A stretch of DNA of 53,637 nucleotides from Clostridia bacterium (GTDB lineage: Bacteria > Bacillota > Clostridia > Christensenellales > QALW01): the NCBI GenBank assembly GCA_045536015.1, contig JAZSMS010000007.1, forward strand, positions 1-53,637, read 5' to 3'. Below, piece after piece: positions 1 through 9,623 of the stretch; position 1 is the stretch's first letter; every line of letters starts with the position of its first letter. Made by a program: the position numbers and the translations under genes. The notes under the pieces are model-generated. The model did not search any database. It had not been told where the DNA came from and worked only from the letters and a program-made list of their open reading frames with translations.

Positions 1-146
1 GGACCGGTTGCGCCAACCGCGCCTGTTGCACCGATTGGGCCTGTTGGTCCCGTTGGTCCTACTTCACCTTGAATACCCTGTAAACCTTGCGGTCCCGTTG
101 GACCGGTTGCGCCAACCGCGCCTGTTGCACCGATTGGGCCTGTTGG
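1..146. repeat. 47-nt perfect direct repeat (1-47 = 100-146) inside the collagen-like gene. The period is 99 nt, equal to 11 Gly-X-Y triplets.
   Basis: Both copies read ggaccggttgcgccaaccgcgcctgttgcaccgattgggcctgttgg and diverge at the next base. Confidence 0.95.
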
Positions 147-566
147 ACCGATTGGGCCTTGTGGACCTGCAATACCTTGAAGTCCTTGTGCGCCTTGCGG
201 ACCTGTTGGGCCCGTAACTCCTTGAGCGCCCGTTGCACCCGTTAAACCGGGAACACCTTGAACACCTTGTGCTCCCTGAGGACCGGTTGGGCCTGCAGGA
301 ATAACAAAGTCAAGCACTACGTTTGTTGACGTTCCGCTGTTTATAACGCTTGCCTCACTACCAGGTTGACCCGTAACCGTTCTTCCCACACTAATACTTG
401 CATAAGGCGAAAAAGTTGGGCCTGTCGGTCGCGGCGGACAAGGCGGAATAGGCGGACAAAGCGGCTTGCAATTATTACAACCGCAGTTAACCTGCTCTGC
501 GCAGTCGCAGTTTTGGCCTAAATCAGATATCACGCTTCCTGAATTAAATGAATTTTGATATCTCAT
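1..566 (-). CDS. Collagen-like Gly-X-Y repeat protein (exosporium BclA-like or surface fibre). Only the N-terminal part is present; the gene runs off the left edge.
   Basis: Not on the ORF track because it is open to the window edge. The reverse complement from ATG 566-564 (SD GGAGGA at 576-571) reads [91 protein letters not shown]. Uninterrupted triplets [34 protein letters not shown]... then continue down to position 1. Confidence 0.8.
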   Translation of the reverse strand, partial: MRYQNSFNSGSVISDLGQNCDCAEQVNCGCNNCKPLCPPIPPCPPRPTGPTFSPYASISVGRTVTGQPGSEASVINSGTSTNVVLDFVIPAGPTGPQGAQGVQGVPGLTGATGAQGVTGPTGPQGAQGLQGIAGPQGPIGPTGPIGATGAVGATGPTGPQGLQGIQGEVGPTGPTGPIGATGAVGATG

Positions 567-632
567 ATTTTCCTCCAAATTTTTATTAGGTTTTACCCAT
601 TATCATTGTATGCGCACAGTAATGCTTTTTGT

Positions 633-2093
633 TCACGTTGATAATACTTTGCCCTTTAAAAAAGCCTCAACAATCTCTATAGCACGTTCTCCTGCAACAG
701 TTTGTATTGCCTTTAAAAAGGTTTGTTTTGTAGCAATTTTAAATTTGTTTTCTTCAAAATAAAGCTTAATTCCTTTATCAAACGTTTCTTTTCCGATAAT
801 TCCTCTTAATGTATCAAGCATTACAGCCGCTTCATCATAAACGATAGCATCGTATAAAAGCATATTATCAAACGCGCCAAGTTCTCTTTCTATCGAAATA
901 TCGTTGGCTTTTAACAATTTTAAAATTATTTTTATGTAGTTTTCGCTTTGCTGCATATAGCTTTTATATTTTTCGTTTCCGTAGCGGTTCTCGTAGTAAA
1001 GCGCCGTAGAATACTGGGTTAAACCCTCGTCAAGCCACGCTTCTTTAACCTCGTTATTTCCAACAATTCCGTACCACCACTGATGCGCAGTTTCGTGAAC
1101 TACTACTTCTTCTAACGTTGTTTGATTTTTGTAAAGATCGTCAGAAATAAGCACTAAATTAGGGTATTCCATACCACCGATATAAAAGTCTGCCTCAACT
1201 ACCGAATAAGTTGAATACGGATATTTTCCAAACTTTTGGCTAAAAAACTTTAATGCCTCGGTAGCGTAATCAAGCATTTTTCTCCCCGTATCTTCAGAGG
1301 AGTAGTAATACGAATAAATTATTGTTTCGTCAACCTTTTTTGAAATTACTTCAAAATCTTCCGAAAGAACAAAGGCAAAATCACGTATATTTTTGCCCTC
1401 AATCTTATAAGTGTTTTTAAGAGGTTCTTCTTCGCAGGAAATTATCTTTCCACTTGTTGCAAGGCGCATATCTTGTTCAATCTCAAGCGTTACGTTATAA
1501 TCAGCACATTCCGAATAAAACGGATCGCCGTTTGCGCTATAAACGCTTTTAACTGCTTTTCCGTCTTCAACAGGACACAAAATCGGATACCAATTTCCAA
1601 AGTTATAAGTGTTATCCAAATATCCGTATCTCATCGGACTGTTGGGAAGCTTTTCGGCAAATTCAATTTTTATAACTGCCTTTTTATTCTTTTTTACGTT
1701 TGTATCAACGGTTAAAATCTGCCCGTCTTCTTCTAAAGAAAAATCTGCATTTTTATCGTTTACCTTTACACTTTTTATATCAATATAACCTTCGGAAAAG
1801 CCGTTTGGATACGCTTTTTCTATCATTTCGGGCGAACAGACGTTTTTTAAATTTTCTTCACTTTTAAACGCATTAGGATAAAGGCAAAAACTCACCTCTG
1901 ATAATGCTTGCACGCTTTTAAATTCTAAAAGCATTTCTCCATGCAAAAATTCGTTTTCTACGCTTGCAGAAATATTATAAACGTTCCGCCATTCATTTTC
2001 AAAAAACAAAAGTGAAGTAAAAATCAACGCAAATGCAACAGATATAGCTATAATTTTGTTTTTTAAACGCTTCATTTCTTCCTCCTTGATCAA
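633..2093 (-). CDS. M1-family zinc metallopeptidase (aminopeptidase N-like) with an N-terminal anchor or signal
   Basis: Gluzincin signature HEXXH-X18-E (VVHETAHQWWYGIVGNNEVKEAWLDEG). GXMEN-like motif GGMEYPN. Hydrophobic N-terminus IIAISVAFALIFTSLLFF. Confidence 0.8.
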   Translation of the reverse strand: MIKEEEMKRLKNKIIAISVAFALIFTSLLFFENEWRNVYNISASVENEFLHGEMLLEFKSVQALSEVSFCLYPNAFKSEENLKNVCSPEMIEKAYPNGFSEGYIDIKSVKVNDKNADFSLEEDGQILTVDTNVKKNKKAVIKIEFAEKLPNSPMRYGYLDNTYNFGNWYPILCPVEDGKAVKSVYSANGDPFYSECADYNVTLEIEQDMRLATSGKIISCEEEPLKNTYKIEGKNIRDFAFVLSEDFEVISKKVDETIIYSYYYSSEDTGRKMLDYATEALKFFSQKFGKYPYSTYSVVEADFYIGGMEYPNLVLISDDLYKNQTTLEEVVVHETAHQWWYGIVGNNEVKEAWLDEGLTQYSTALYYENRYGNEKYKSYMQQSENYIKIILKLLKANDISIERELGAFDNMLLYDAIVYDEAAVMLDTLRGIIGKETFDKGIKLYFEENKFKIATKQTFLKAIQTVAGERAIEIVEAFLKGKVLST

Positions 2094-2196
2094 ATTACAA
2101 TATTTTAGTTTAACTAAAAATAATACTTTATTATTTAATATATTTGTGGTATAATGTAGAAACTAATGTATTCATATCTTTATAGGAGGTACTTTT

Positions 2197-3387
2197 ATGG
2201 CAACGGGCAAATTTGAAAAAGACAATCCGCTTTCATATCTTATCTGTATTGAGGATGCGTTTGCCGCAAATTTTTTACCGTTTCTCTCTCCCGTTTGCAT
2301 AAAAGCCTACGTTTATTTATTATACCTTTGCAATCATAACGAGCTTAAAATAAACTCGGTTAAAAAGTTTGCCGCTTCTTGCTCGTTAACCGAAAACGAA
2401 GTTTTATGCGCTCTTGACGAGCTTAATAAAAAGCACCTCGTCAATTTTACAGCAAATCCTTTTTCGTTTGAAATCTGCTCGGCAACAAGAGCAAAAGATT
2501 ATGATGCCGCTTATTCGTTTGATACGCTTAGCGCGTACTCCGACTATTTTGCAGGTATCCGCGCTCTTTTCCCCGGAAGAAGCATTTCATCAAGCGAATA
2601 CGACCTTGCGCGCGACTGGATAGAGCTCTATGATTTTTCGGTAGAAGCCGCGCTTTTACTTATTGCACACTGTATTTCTATTAAAGATAAAACTATCTCG
2701 TTTAAATATATGGATTCGGTTGCACTTTCCTGGGCAAACGAAGGTATCATCACAAGCGAGGCAGCCGAAGAATATATTACTCTTTATCAGGCAAAGCATC
2801 ACGATGCCGCAAAGCTTTTGCTTCACCTTGGTGTTAAAAGAACTCCTACTGCCGACGAAGTTAAGCTTTATCAAAAATGGGAAAAGCTCGGCTTTAATTT
2901 TAAAGCTATCGTTGCCGCTTGCAGTGAAACCACAAAAACAGCAAACCCATCGTTTGCATACGTTGACAGAATTATCGCAACCCTTTATTCTCTCGGCTTA
3001 ACCGAAGAAAAAGCAATAAAGGCTTACTTATCCGAATCAAGTCAAGAAAGACGCACAATGTCTGCAATTTTATTTGAGCTTGGCGAAAGAAACAAAAGCG
3101 TTACAAGCGCACACACTGAAGCGATTAAGCCGTTTACGTCGTTTAACGAAACGCTTTTATTGTTTGTTGCCAAAAAGTGTTCCGAAAATGGAACCCATTC
3201 GTTTAAGCGCTATTGCGAAATTTTAACGCAATTAACCGACAAACAAGCGTTTAGCGAAGAAAAAATTCAAGCATTTTTTGAAAATTATAAAAACGAGCAA
3301 AAGCCAAAAACTTCAAAGACCGCAACAAACATTAATCGCAACGATTCTTACGACGTATTTACCGATCCAACAAAATTAGAGGTTTAA
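2197..3387 (+). CDS. DnaD-domain replication/primosome protein (Firmicutes DnaB/DnaD-like)
   Basis: 396 aa with two DnaD-C-like segments (MDSVALSWANEGIITSEAAEEYI and AYVDRIIATLYSLGLTEEKAIKAYL). The stop lies 1 nt before a DnaI-type loader gene, as in the dnaB-dnaI operon of Bacillus. An extended -10 (TGgTATAAT, 2147-2155) lies upstream. Confidence 0.6.
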   Translation: MATGKFEKDNPLSYLICIEDAFAANFLPFLSPVCIKAYVYLLYLCNHNELKINSVKKFAASCSLTENEVLCALDELNKKHLVNFTANPFSFEICSATRAKDYDAAYSFDTLSAYSDYFAGIRALFPGRSISSSEYDLARDWIELYDFSVEAALLLIAHCISIKDKTISFKYMDSVALSWANEGIITSEAAEEYITLYQAKHHDAAKLLLHLGVKRTPTADEVKLYQKWEKLGFNFKAIVAACSETTKTANPSFAYVDRIIATLYSLGLTEEKAIKAYLSESSQERRTMSAILFELGERNKSVTSAHTEAIKPFTSFNETLLLFVAKKCSENGTHSFKRYCEILTQLTDKQAFSEEKIQAFFENYKNEQKPKTSKTATNINRNDSYDVFTDPTKLEV

Positions 3388-3388
3388 A

Positions 3389-4300
3389 ATGAACAACGCA
3401 CTAATTTCAAAGGTAGAAACCGAATTTAATGCAAAGCGCACCCGCGCAAAAATTGAATACGATCAGCTTTTTGCTTTACTTTTAGAAAAGTACCCTACGC
3501 TTAATGAGCTTTTTGTAAAAAGAAGAAAAGCCGTTTGTGATTTTTCTTACGGTAAAGAAGCTCGTAAGCAGGCAATCAAATCGCTCGATGACCAAATTAC
3601 CTCATTTTTAAACGCAAACAATATTACTTTACCTGTAAAAAAACACGATTGTCCCATTTGTTTCGACGAAGGATACGTGGATAATAACGGCAAGCAAGAG
3701 CGTTGCTCCTGCTTTACGCGCAGGCTTATTGAGCTTTCTTCCGACGGTTGCTATGCAAATATTTCACAAAACTTTGATACCTTTAACTTATCTGTTTTTG
3801 AAAGCGAGCAACAAAATTTTATCCAAAAGCTTTACGACTATTCGCGTGAATACTGCGCAAAGTTTCCTTGTGTTAAACGTAAAAATATGATTTTTACAGG
3901 CAAAACGGGTACGGGAAAAACCTTCTTTTTAAATTCGATTTGCTGTGCTTTGCGATCGCGCGGGTTTAGTGTTGTATTTATTACTGCAGGCAGACTTTTT
4001 GAAATCTTGCGCAAATACGCTTTTTCTGAGGAAAACAATTTTGACTCGCTTTTGCAGGCAGATATGCTTATTATTGACGATTTAGGCAGTGAGCCACTGT
4101 TTAATAATATTACGGTTGAGTACCTTTTTATGCTAATTAATGAGCGTACTCAGCTTAATAAAGCAATTTGTATTTCTACAAATCTTACGCCTTCTCAGCT
4201 TGCCGAGAGATATACTGACCGAATTGCATCGCGCATTTTTGACGAAGCTAACTCCTACACCTTTAACCTTGCAGGAAAAGACCTTCGCATAAGGAAGTGA
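3389..4300 (+). CDS. dnaI: DnaI/DnaC-type helicase loader ATPase
   Basis: Walker A GKTGTGKTF and Walker B MLIIDDLG. N-terminal Cys cluster CPICFDEG...CSCF, consistent with the zinc-binding domain of DnaI. Confidence 0.75.
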   Translation: MNNALISKVETEFNAKRTRAKIEYDQLFALLLEKYPTLNELFVKRRKAVCDFSYGKEARKQAIKSLDDQITSFLNANNITLPVKKHDCPICFDEGYVDNNGKQERCSCFTRRLIELSSDGCYANISQNFDTFNLSVFESEQQNFIQKLYDYSREYCAKFPCVKRKNMIFTGKTGTGKTFFLNSICCALRSRGFSVVFITAGRLFEILRKYAFSEENNFDSLLQADMLIIDDLGSEPLFNNITVEYLFMLINERTQLNKAICISTNLTPSQLAERYTDRIASRIFDEANSYTFNLAGKDLRIRK

Positions 4301-4304
4301 TTTT

Positions 4305-5618
4305 TTGCTTAATAAAGTAAAACAATTTATAAAACAAAATAATTTGCTTTCTGAAAAACAAAAGGTCATCGTTGGTTTTTCGGGCGGTGCCGATTCTACG
4401 GTACTTTTATATTCACTTAAATCACTTGGCTTTTCGCCCGTTGCGCTTCACGTTAATCATCAGATTAGAGGTGCAGAAGCTCTTCGCGACGAAGAATTTG
4501 CACGCAATTTTTGTAAAAAGCACAAGATCCCATTTTATTCCGAAAGCATTTGTATCCCCGAAATTGCAAAAGAAAAATCACTTTCGCTTGAAACTTGCGC
4601 AAGACAGGAGCGTTATCGAATTTTTTTGGAATATTCTAAAAAATTCAATTGTCCCGTCGCGGTTGCTCACAACAAAAATGATCAGGCAGAAACCGTTTTT
4701 ATGCATTTAATTCGCGGTTGCGGGCTTAACGGCATTTGCGGAATGTTGCCAAAGACCGAAAATATTATTCGTCCCTTGCTTTCCGTTTCGCGCAGTGAAA
4801 TCGAAGCTTTTGCAAAAGAAAATAACCTCGATTTTGTTTTAGACTCAACTAATTTTATAGACGATTGCACAAGAAACAAATTAAGACTAAACGTACTTTT
4901 GCCACTTTATCAAAACTTTCCCGATGCGCTTGATAATATCTTTGCATCTGCAAATTTATTTAGTGAATACGCAAGTTTTATAAAAGAAGAATGTGATGAG
5001 CTTTTTGCAAAAAATTCTTATATTGAAGACGATAAGCTTTTTTTAAAGATAGAAAATTACAAAAAAATTGAATTTGCCGAGCTTATACGCCGTGCTTTTA
5101 CTTATGTTAACGGAAACACAGTTGACTTAGAGCGCGTGCACATCGAAGCTGTTATGGCACTTGCAAAATCAGGAAAACAGCTTGATTTGCCTTTTAACAC
5201 ACACGTTTTAAGGGTTTATGATAATCTTGTATTCTTTTCCGAAAACAATGATTTTTCGTTTTGTGAAAAATTTATTTCTTTTAAAGAATATACATTCAGC
5301 AATAAAACTATCATAAGCGCTTCTGCCCAAAAGCGTATTCCACAAGCAAAAACCGAATTTTTTGACCTCGATAAGCTTCCTGACGGCGTTTGCTTGCGCA
5401 CAAGACAAAGCGGAGATTTTATTCAGCCACTCGGTTTAGATGGTACTTGCACGTTAAAAAAATTTTTTATAGATAAAAAAGTTCCCATTACAAAAAGAAA
5501 CACTATTCCCTTGCTTGCAAAGGATACCGAAGTTTTGCTTATTTTGGGCTACACAGTTTCAGAAAAAATAAAAATTGATAAAAACACAAAAAATATATTA
5601 ATGATTCAGGAGAAATAA
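4305..5618 (+). CDS. tilS: tRNA(Ile)-lysidine synthetase
   Basis: PP-loop SGGADS near the N-terminus, TTG start, and the conserved tilS-hpt-ftsH order. Confidence 0.85.
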   Translation: MLNKVKQFIKQNNLLSEKQKVIVGFSGGADSTVLLYSLKSLGFSPVALHVNHQIRGAEALRDEEFARNFCKKHKIPFYSESICIPEIAKEKSLSLETCARQERYRIFLEYSKKFNCPVAVAHNKNDQAETVFMHLIRGCGLNGICGMLPKTENIIRPLLSVSRSEIEAFAKENNLDFVLDSTNFIDDCTRNKLRLNVLLPLYQNFPDALDNIFASANLFSEYASFIKEECDELFAKNSYIEDDKLFLKIENYKKIEFAELIRRAFTYVNGNTVDLERVHIEAVMALAKSGKQLDLPFNTHVLRVYDNLVFFSENNDFSFCEKFISFKEYTFSNKTIISASAQKRIPQAKTEFFDLDKLPDGVCLRTRQSGDFIQPLGLDGTCTLKKFFIDKKVPITKRNTIPLLAKDTEVLLILGYTVSEKIKIDKNTKNILMIQEK

Positions 5619-5620
5619 TT

Positions 5621-6169
5621 ATGTTAATACCTAGCGAAAAAACAGAAATTTTAATTACACAAGATCAAATTCAACAAAAAATTAAGGATATAGCAGAGCA
5701 AATTAACAAAGACTATAAAGGTCAGTCACTTCTTGTAGTTGGCATTTTAAAGGGTGCAGTTTTGTTTTATGCCGACCTTGTCCGTCAGCTTGATGTTGAC
5801 GTTCAATTTGATTTTATGCGCATTTCAAGCTATGGCAATTCGACCGATTCCACGGGTGAAATTAAAATAAGCAAGGATATTGACGTTTCTATAACGGGCA
5901 AGCACGTTTTAATCGTTGAAGATATTATTGATACGGGCCTTACACTTGATGCTCTTAAGCGCCTTTTATTAACACGCAGGCCTGCTTCGTTTAAAACCTG
6001 TTGTATGCTTGATAAGCCCTCACGCAGAAAAATTGATATCAAACCCGATTACTGCTGTTTTGAAATTCCTGACCAATTTGTTATCGGTTACGGTCTTGAT
6101 TATGCCGAAAGCGGCAGACAGTTAAAAGACGTTTTATACATTAAACCCGAATATATTCCCACTTTATAA
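5621..6169 (+). CDS. hpt: Hypoxanthine(-guanine) phosphoribosyltransferase
   Basis: 182 aa with PRPP-binding motif VLIVEDIIDTGLT. Sits between tilS and ftsH. Confidence 0.9.
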   Translation: MLIPSEKTEILITQDQIQQKIKDIAEQINKDYKGQSLLVVGILKGAVLFYADLVRQLDVDVQFDFMRISSYGNSTDSTGEIKISKDIDVSITGKHVLIVEDIIDTGLTLDALKRLLLTRRPASFKTCCMLDKPSRRKIDIKPDYCCFEIPDQFVIGYGLDYAESGRQLKDVLYIKPEYIPTL

Positions 6170-6191
6170 CAAATGTTTCACCGCTTTTTCA

Positions 6192-6220
6192 TTGTTAAAA
6201 AACTGTTTTAGTGGTATAAT
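6192..6220 (+). promoter_or_regulatory. Sigma-A-type promoter upstream of ftsH
   Basis: TTGTTA (6192-6197), a 17-nt spacer, then TATAAT (6215-6220) preceded by TGg (extended -10). Confidence 0.5.
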
Positions 6221-6248
6221 CAAACAAGCATAATTTAAGGAGATTTTA

Positions 6249-8219
6249 ATGAAAAAGAAAAAGTTTTTACTTCCGATAGTTTACGTTGTCATCCTTGCGG
6301 TAATCGTATTTTTAACCGCGAACGGATTAAAGACAACCTCTCTTAAGCAAACGCAAATTTCTTCCAGTGAGCTTGCTCAAAAGATTTCTGACGGTGAGCT
6401 TGCATACGTTTTATTAAAAAACGGAACCGACGTTTACTGCGTTTCTAAAGAAAATGTAAACGACATCGACCTTTCTTTAGAAACCGAAAAACTTGATAAG
6501 CAAGTTATGAGCAAGTACGAGTTTACCTGTTCGGTTGCCTCCGCAGACGAATTTACAAAAATTTTGGAAGATGCACGTAAAAATGCAGATGAAAGCCTTG
6601 CTTTACCAAAATACAACACCATTAGGGTAGAAACACCCTGGTATATGGGCCTTATTCCCTATGCCTTCCTGCTTTTAATTTGCGGTGTATTTTTCTTCTT
6701 TATGTTCTCGCAAGCTTCTGGTAACGGCAAGGCAATGAATTTTGGCAAATCAACCGCCAAAATGTTTGACGATTCTAAGAAAAAGGTTACCTTTAAAGAC
6801 GTTGCAGGTGCCGACGAAGAAAAAGAAGAGCTTGCCGAAATAGTTACCTTCTTAAAAACGCCCGATAAGTTTACAAAAATGGGTGCAAGAATTCCTAAAG
6901 GCGTACTTTTAGTAGGCCCTCCCGGAACAGGCAAAACCTTGCTTGCAAAGTCAGTTGCAGGCGAAGCAGGAGTTCCTTTCTTCTCAATTACGGGTTCTGA
7001 CTTTGTTGAGCTTTACGTTGGTATCGGTGCCGCACGTGTTCGCGATTTGTTTGCACAGGCAAAAAAGAACGCGCCTTGCATTATCTTTATTGATGAAATT
7101 GATGCCGTTGGCAGAAGACGCGGTTCAGGTATTGGCGGCGGTCACGACGAACGCGAGCAGACACTTAATCAATTACTTGTTGAAATGGACGGTTTTTTGG
7201 GCAACGACGGTATTATCGTTATGGCGGCTACCAACCGCGCCGACATTTTAGACCCCGCACTTTTGCGTTCTGGACGTTTTGACAGACAAATTCATGTGCT
7301 TCCGCCCGACACAAAAGGCAGAGAAGAAATTTTTAAAATTCACGCTCGCAACAAAAAATTTGCTTCGGATGTTTCACCTCGAGAAGTTGCACTTTTAACC
7401 TCGGGCTTTGTTGGTGCAGATATCGAAAATCTTTGCAATGAAGCTGCTCTAATTGCAGTTAGACGTGGCAAAGAAATTATCGAAATGCAGGATATCAAAG
7501 ATTCTATCACTCGCGTTATTCTCGGTCCTGAAAAGCGTTCGCACAAGACAAGTGATAAGACAAAGCGCCTTGTTGCCTACCACGAGGCAGGTCATGCAAT
7601 AGTTGCTCGAGCACTTGAAAACTGTGATCCCGTTACCGAGGTTTCTATTATTCCTCGCGGTGGTGCAGGTGGATACACTCTTACCCGCCCCGATGAGCAG
7701 GATGACGGTCCCATTTCACGCGCAAGTATTCTTGACCGCATTGCAATGTGCTTAGGTGGCAGAGCGGCAGAAAAGCTTGTTATAGGCGATATTTCTACGG
7801 GTGCTTCATCCGATATTATGAATGCAACCTCGCTTGCAAAAAGTTTTGTTACAAAGTACGGTATGTATGACGAAATCGGCCCCATCTATCTTGGCCATGG
7901 TGACAGTGACGAGGTTTTCCTTGGCAGAGATTTTTCAACACAAAAGGCATATTCCGAAGCCGTTACCTCGCGTGTTGACGATGCAATTCACAGCATTATT
8001 TCCTCTGCGGATAAGCAAGCTTTTGATATTTTAACAGAAAAAGAACAAATTCTTCATAACCTTGCCGAAGTTTTGCTTGATATGGAAAAGATAACCGGCG
8101 CACAGTTTGAAGAAATTTATAACGGCAAAAAACTTGCAGACTTTAAACAAACAGAAGCGGCTGATGAAAAGACTTCTGCTTCAGAAGCAGAAAACAAAGA
8201 AGAAAACGTTAACGAATAA
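6249..8219 (+). CDS. ftsH: ATP-dependent zinc metalloprotease FtsH
   Basis: Two N-terminal TM segments, Walker A GPPGTGKT, Walker [12 protein letters not shown] region, and zinc site HEAGHAIV. Confidence 0.95.
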   Translation: MKKKKFLLPIVYVVILAVIVFLTANGLKTTSLKQTQISSSELAQKISDGELAYVLLKNGTDVYCVSKENVNDIDLSLETEKLDKQVMSKYEFTCSVASADEFTKILEDARKNADESLALPKYNTIRVETPWYMGLIPYAFLLLICGVFFFFMFSQASGNGKAMNFGKSTAKMFDDSKKKVTFKDVAGADEEKEELAEIVTFLKTPDKFTKMGARIPKGVLLVGPPGTGKTLLAKSVAGEAGVPFFSITGSDFVELYVGIGAARVRDLFAQAKKNAPCIIFIDEIDAVGRRRGSGIGGGHDEREQTLNQLLVEMDGFLGNDGIIVMAATNRADILDPALLRSGRFDRQIHVLPPDTKGREEIFKIHARNKKFASDVSPREVALLTSGFVGADIENLCNEAALIAVRRGKEIIEMQDIKDSITRVILGPEKRSHKTSDKTKRLVAYHEAGHAIVARALENCDPVTEVSIIPRGGAGGYTLTRPDEQDDGPISRASILDRIAMCLGGRAAEKLVIGDISTGASSDIMNATSLAKSFVTKYGMYDEIGPIYLGHGDSDEVFLGRDFSTQKAYSEAVTSRVDDAIHSIISSADKQAFDILTEKEQILHNLAEVLLDMEKITGAQFEEIYNGKKLADFKQTEAADEKTSASEAENKEENVNE

Positions 8220-8229
8220 AATTTATTAC

Positions 8230-8265
8230 TTGCGGGGAAGATTTTCTTCCTCGCAAAATTTTTAA
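8230..8265 (+). terminator. Hairpin plus T-run after ftsH
   Basis: Arm ttgcggggaag (8230-8240) pairs with cttcctcgcaa (8246-8256) across a 5-nt loop, followed by aaaattttt. Confidence 0.55.
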
Positions 8266-8275
8266 GGAGATAATA

Positions 8276-8761
8276 ATGGCAAAACGCAAAAATAATAAGC
8301 TTTACGTCTATCCGTTGCTTATTTTGGCTTCATTTATCGTTTTTGTTATTTATAAGCTTGCCTATAACGTTTTTGCACTTTCTCTTCCACTTACCGTCAA
8401 TTCATTTTCTGCAATTTTTTTAGAAATTGGCACTTCATTTAAAAGCATAGGCGAACACTTTTTCCCCTGCTTTTTACTTTTTACCATCGGCATAACCTGG
8501 GTTTTATTAAACCGCGTTATTTACAGGCGTGAATTTTTGCAAAAATTTTGGATAATACTTACACTTATTGGTTTTATCCTCGTTTTGTTTGGCGGAAGAA
8601 TATTATTTATACTTACAAGCTCGTATCCATTAAACTTAGAATCGCTTACCTTTATTCTTAACGCCGTTAACGAATCGACATTACTTTTAACTGCGGTTTT
8701 ATGCTTTTTTGTTATGTTTATTTTACAAGCGTTTGATAAACTATATTTAAATGCAAAATGA
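8276..8761 (+). CDS. Hypothetical polytopic membrane protein
   Basis: 161 aa with 4-5 hydrophobic segments. SD AAGGAGA precedes the ATG. No recognisable motif. Confidence 0.6.
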   Translation: MAKRKNNKLYVYPLLILASFIVFVIYKLAYNVFALSLPLTVNSFSAIFLEIGTSFKSIGEHFFPCFLLFTIGITWVLLNRVIYRREFLQKFWIILTLIGFILVLFGGRILFILTSSYPLNLESLTFILNAVNESTLLLTAVLCFFVMFILQAFDKLYLNAK

Positions 8762-8762
8762 C

Positions 8763-8791
8763 TTGCCTAAATTAAAAAAAAATGATAATAT
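8763..8791 (+). promoter_or_regulatory. Promoter of the SRP RNA gene
   Basis: TTGCCT (8763-8768), a 17-nt spacer, then TAATAT (8786-8791) preceded by TGa. This places the transcription start near 8798-8801. Confidence 0.5.
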
Positions 8792-8800
8792 ATTATTAAG

Positions 8801-8928
8801 TTGTCAGTGAACTTGCATTGGGTTCTGCGCAATGGACTGTTGTGAACCATGTCAGGGTCGGAAGACAGCAGCATTAAGCAAATTTGCCCATGTGCCGCAG
8901 GTCGATCTGATGCAAGTTCACTGGCAAC
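8801..8928 (+). ncRNA. ffs: Signal recognition particle RNA, short (4.5S-like) form
   Basis: The domain IV core gaaccatgtcagggtcggaagacagcagcattaag ... catgtgccgcagg closely matches the B. subtilis scRNA / E. coli 4.5S conserved loops (CAUGUCAGGUCCGGAAGGAAGCAGCA...GUGCCGCAGG). The closing helix pairs ttgtcagtgaacttgcat (8801-8818) with atgcaagttcactggcaa (8910-8927) and is followed by a T7 run. Confidence 0.9.
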
Positions 8929-8939
8929 TTTTTTTGCGT

Positions 8940-9623
8940 ATGAAAAAATTTAGTAAAAAAACTTTAGCAATTATTTTTTTCGTCTTAACCTGCTTGGTTA
9001 TGGCGTTAGTTTGCATTTTTGTCGGTATTCCACTTGCCCGCTTTGTAAGCACGCCCGAAGAATTCAGGCTTTGGATTGAATCTTTTGGTGTTTGGGGCAG
9101 TTTGGTTTTTATATTGCTTACGGCATTTCAAACCGTTTTTGCCTTTATTCCCGGCGAGCCGTTTGAGCTTTTTGCCGGATATGCATTTGGCTTTTTTAAA
9201 GGCACCGTTTTTTCGATGCTTGGCATTGCGCTTGGTAGTATAATTGTCTTTGCTTTTACCAAAAAATTCGGTCGCAAATTTGTCGAGATTTTCTTTTCTA
9301 AAGAAAAAATTGACTCGGTAAAATTTTTAAACGATAAAAAACGGCTGTACACCATAACGTTTATTTTATTTTTTATTCCCGGAACACCAAAAGATCTACT
9401 TACGTACGTTTCGGGCTTAACCCCCGTAAAACTTTGGCAATGGCTTTTGCTTACTACGATAGCGCGTATACCTTCAATAGTAACGTCAACTGTAGGCGGC
9501 AATGCACTTGGCGAAAAAAAATACATTTTTGCAATAATAGTCTTTGGAATAACTCTTTTAATAAGTGTTATCGGACTTTTAATTTATAACAAAATCAACA
9601 GTACTAAAGGAGTAGAAAAATGA
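8940..9623 (+). CDS. TVP38/TMEM64 (DedA/SNARE-associated) family membrane protein
   Basis: Refined start at the in-frame ATG 8940 (MKKFSKKTLAIIFF...), because the 8832-8939 extension lies inside the SRP RNA. Multi-TM protein carrying FIPGEPFELFAGYAFG and FFIPGTPKD motifs typical of the family. Confidence 0.75.
   Translation: MKKFSKKTLAIIFFVLTCLVMALVCIFVGIPLARFVSTPEEFRLWIESFGVWGSLVFILLTAFQTVFAFIPGEPFELFAGYAFGFFKGTVFSMLGIALGSIIVFAFTKKFGRKFVEIFFSKEKIDSVKFLNDKKRLYTITFILFFIPGTPKDLLTYVSGLTPVKLWQWLLLTTIARIPSIVTSTVGGNALGEKKYIFAIIVFGITLLISVIGLLIYNKINSTKGVEK

Noticed and set aside
8-217. Listed 69-aa plus-strand ORF (Leu/Arg/Pro-rich [13 protein letters not shown]...)
   Set aside because: It is the antisense reading of the Gly-X-Y repeats. 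The minus strand carries a start codon, an SD and a coherent collagen-like protein, while the plus-strand product is low-complexity with no SD.
2197-4300. DnaD-domain protein plus DnaC/IstB-like ATPase read as a prophage or IS replication module
   Set aside because: No integrase, transposase, repeats or phage genes flank the pair. It sits in conserved housekeeping context next to tilS-hpt-ftsH and matches the chromosomal dnaB-dnaI arrangement of Firmicutes.
8832-8939. 5' extension of the TVP38 ORF (MDCCEPCQGRKTAALSKFAHVPQVDLMQVHWQLFLR)
   Set aside because: These codons lie entirely within the SRP RNA helix and domain IV core. The in-frame ATG at 8940 gives a typical MKKFSKK plus TM N-terminus.
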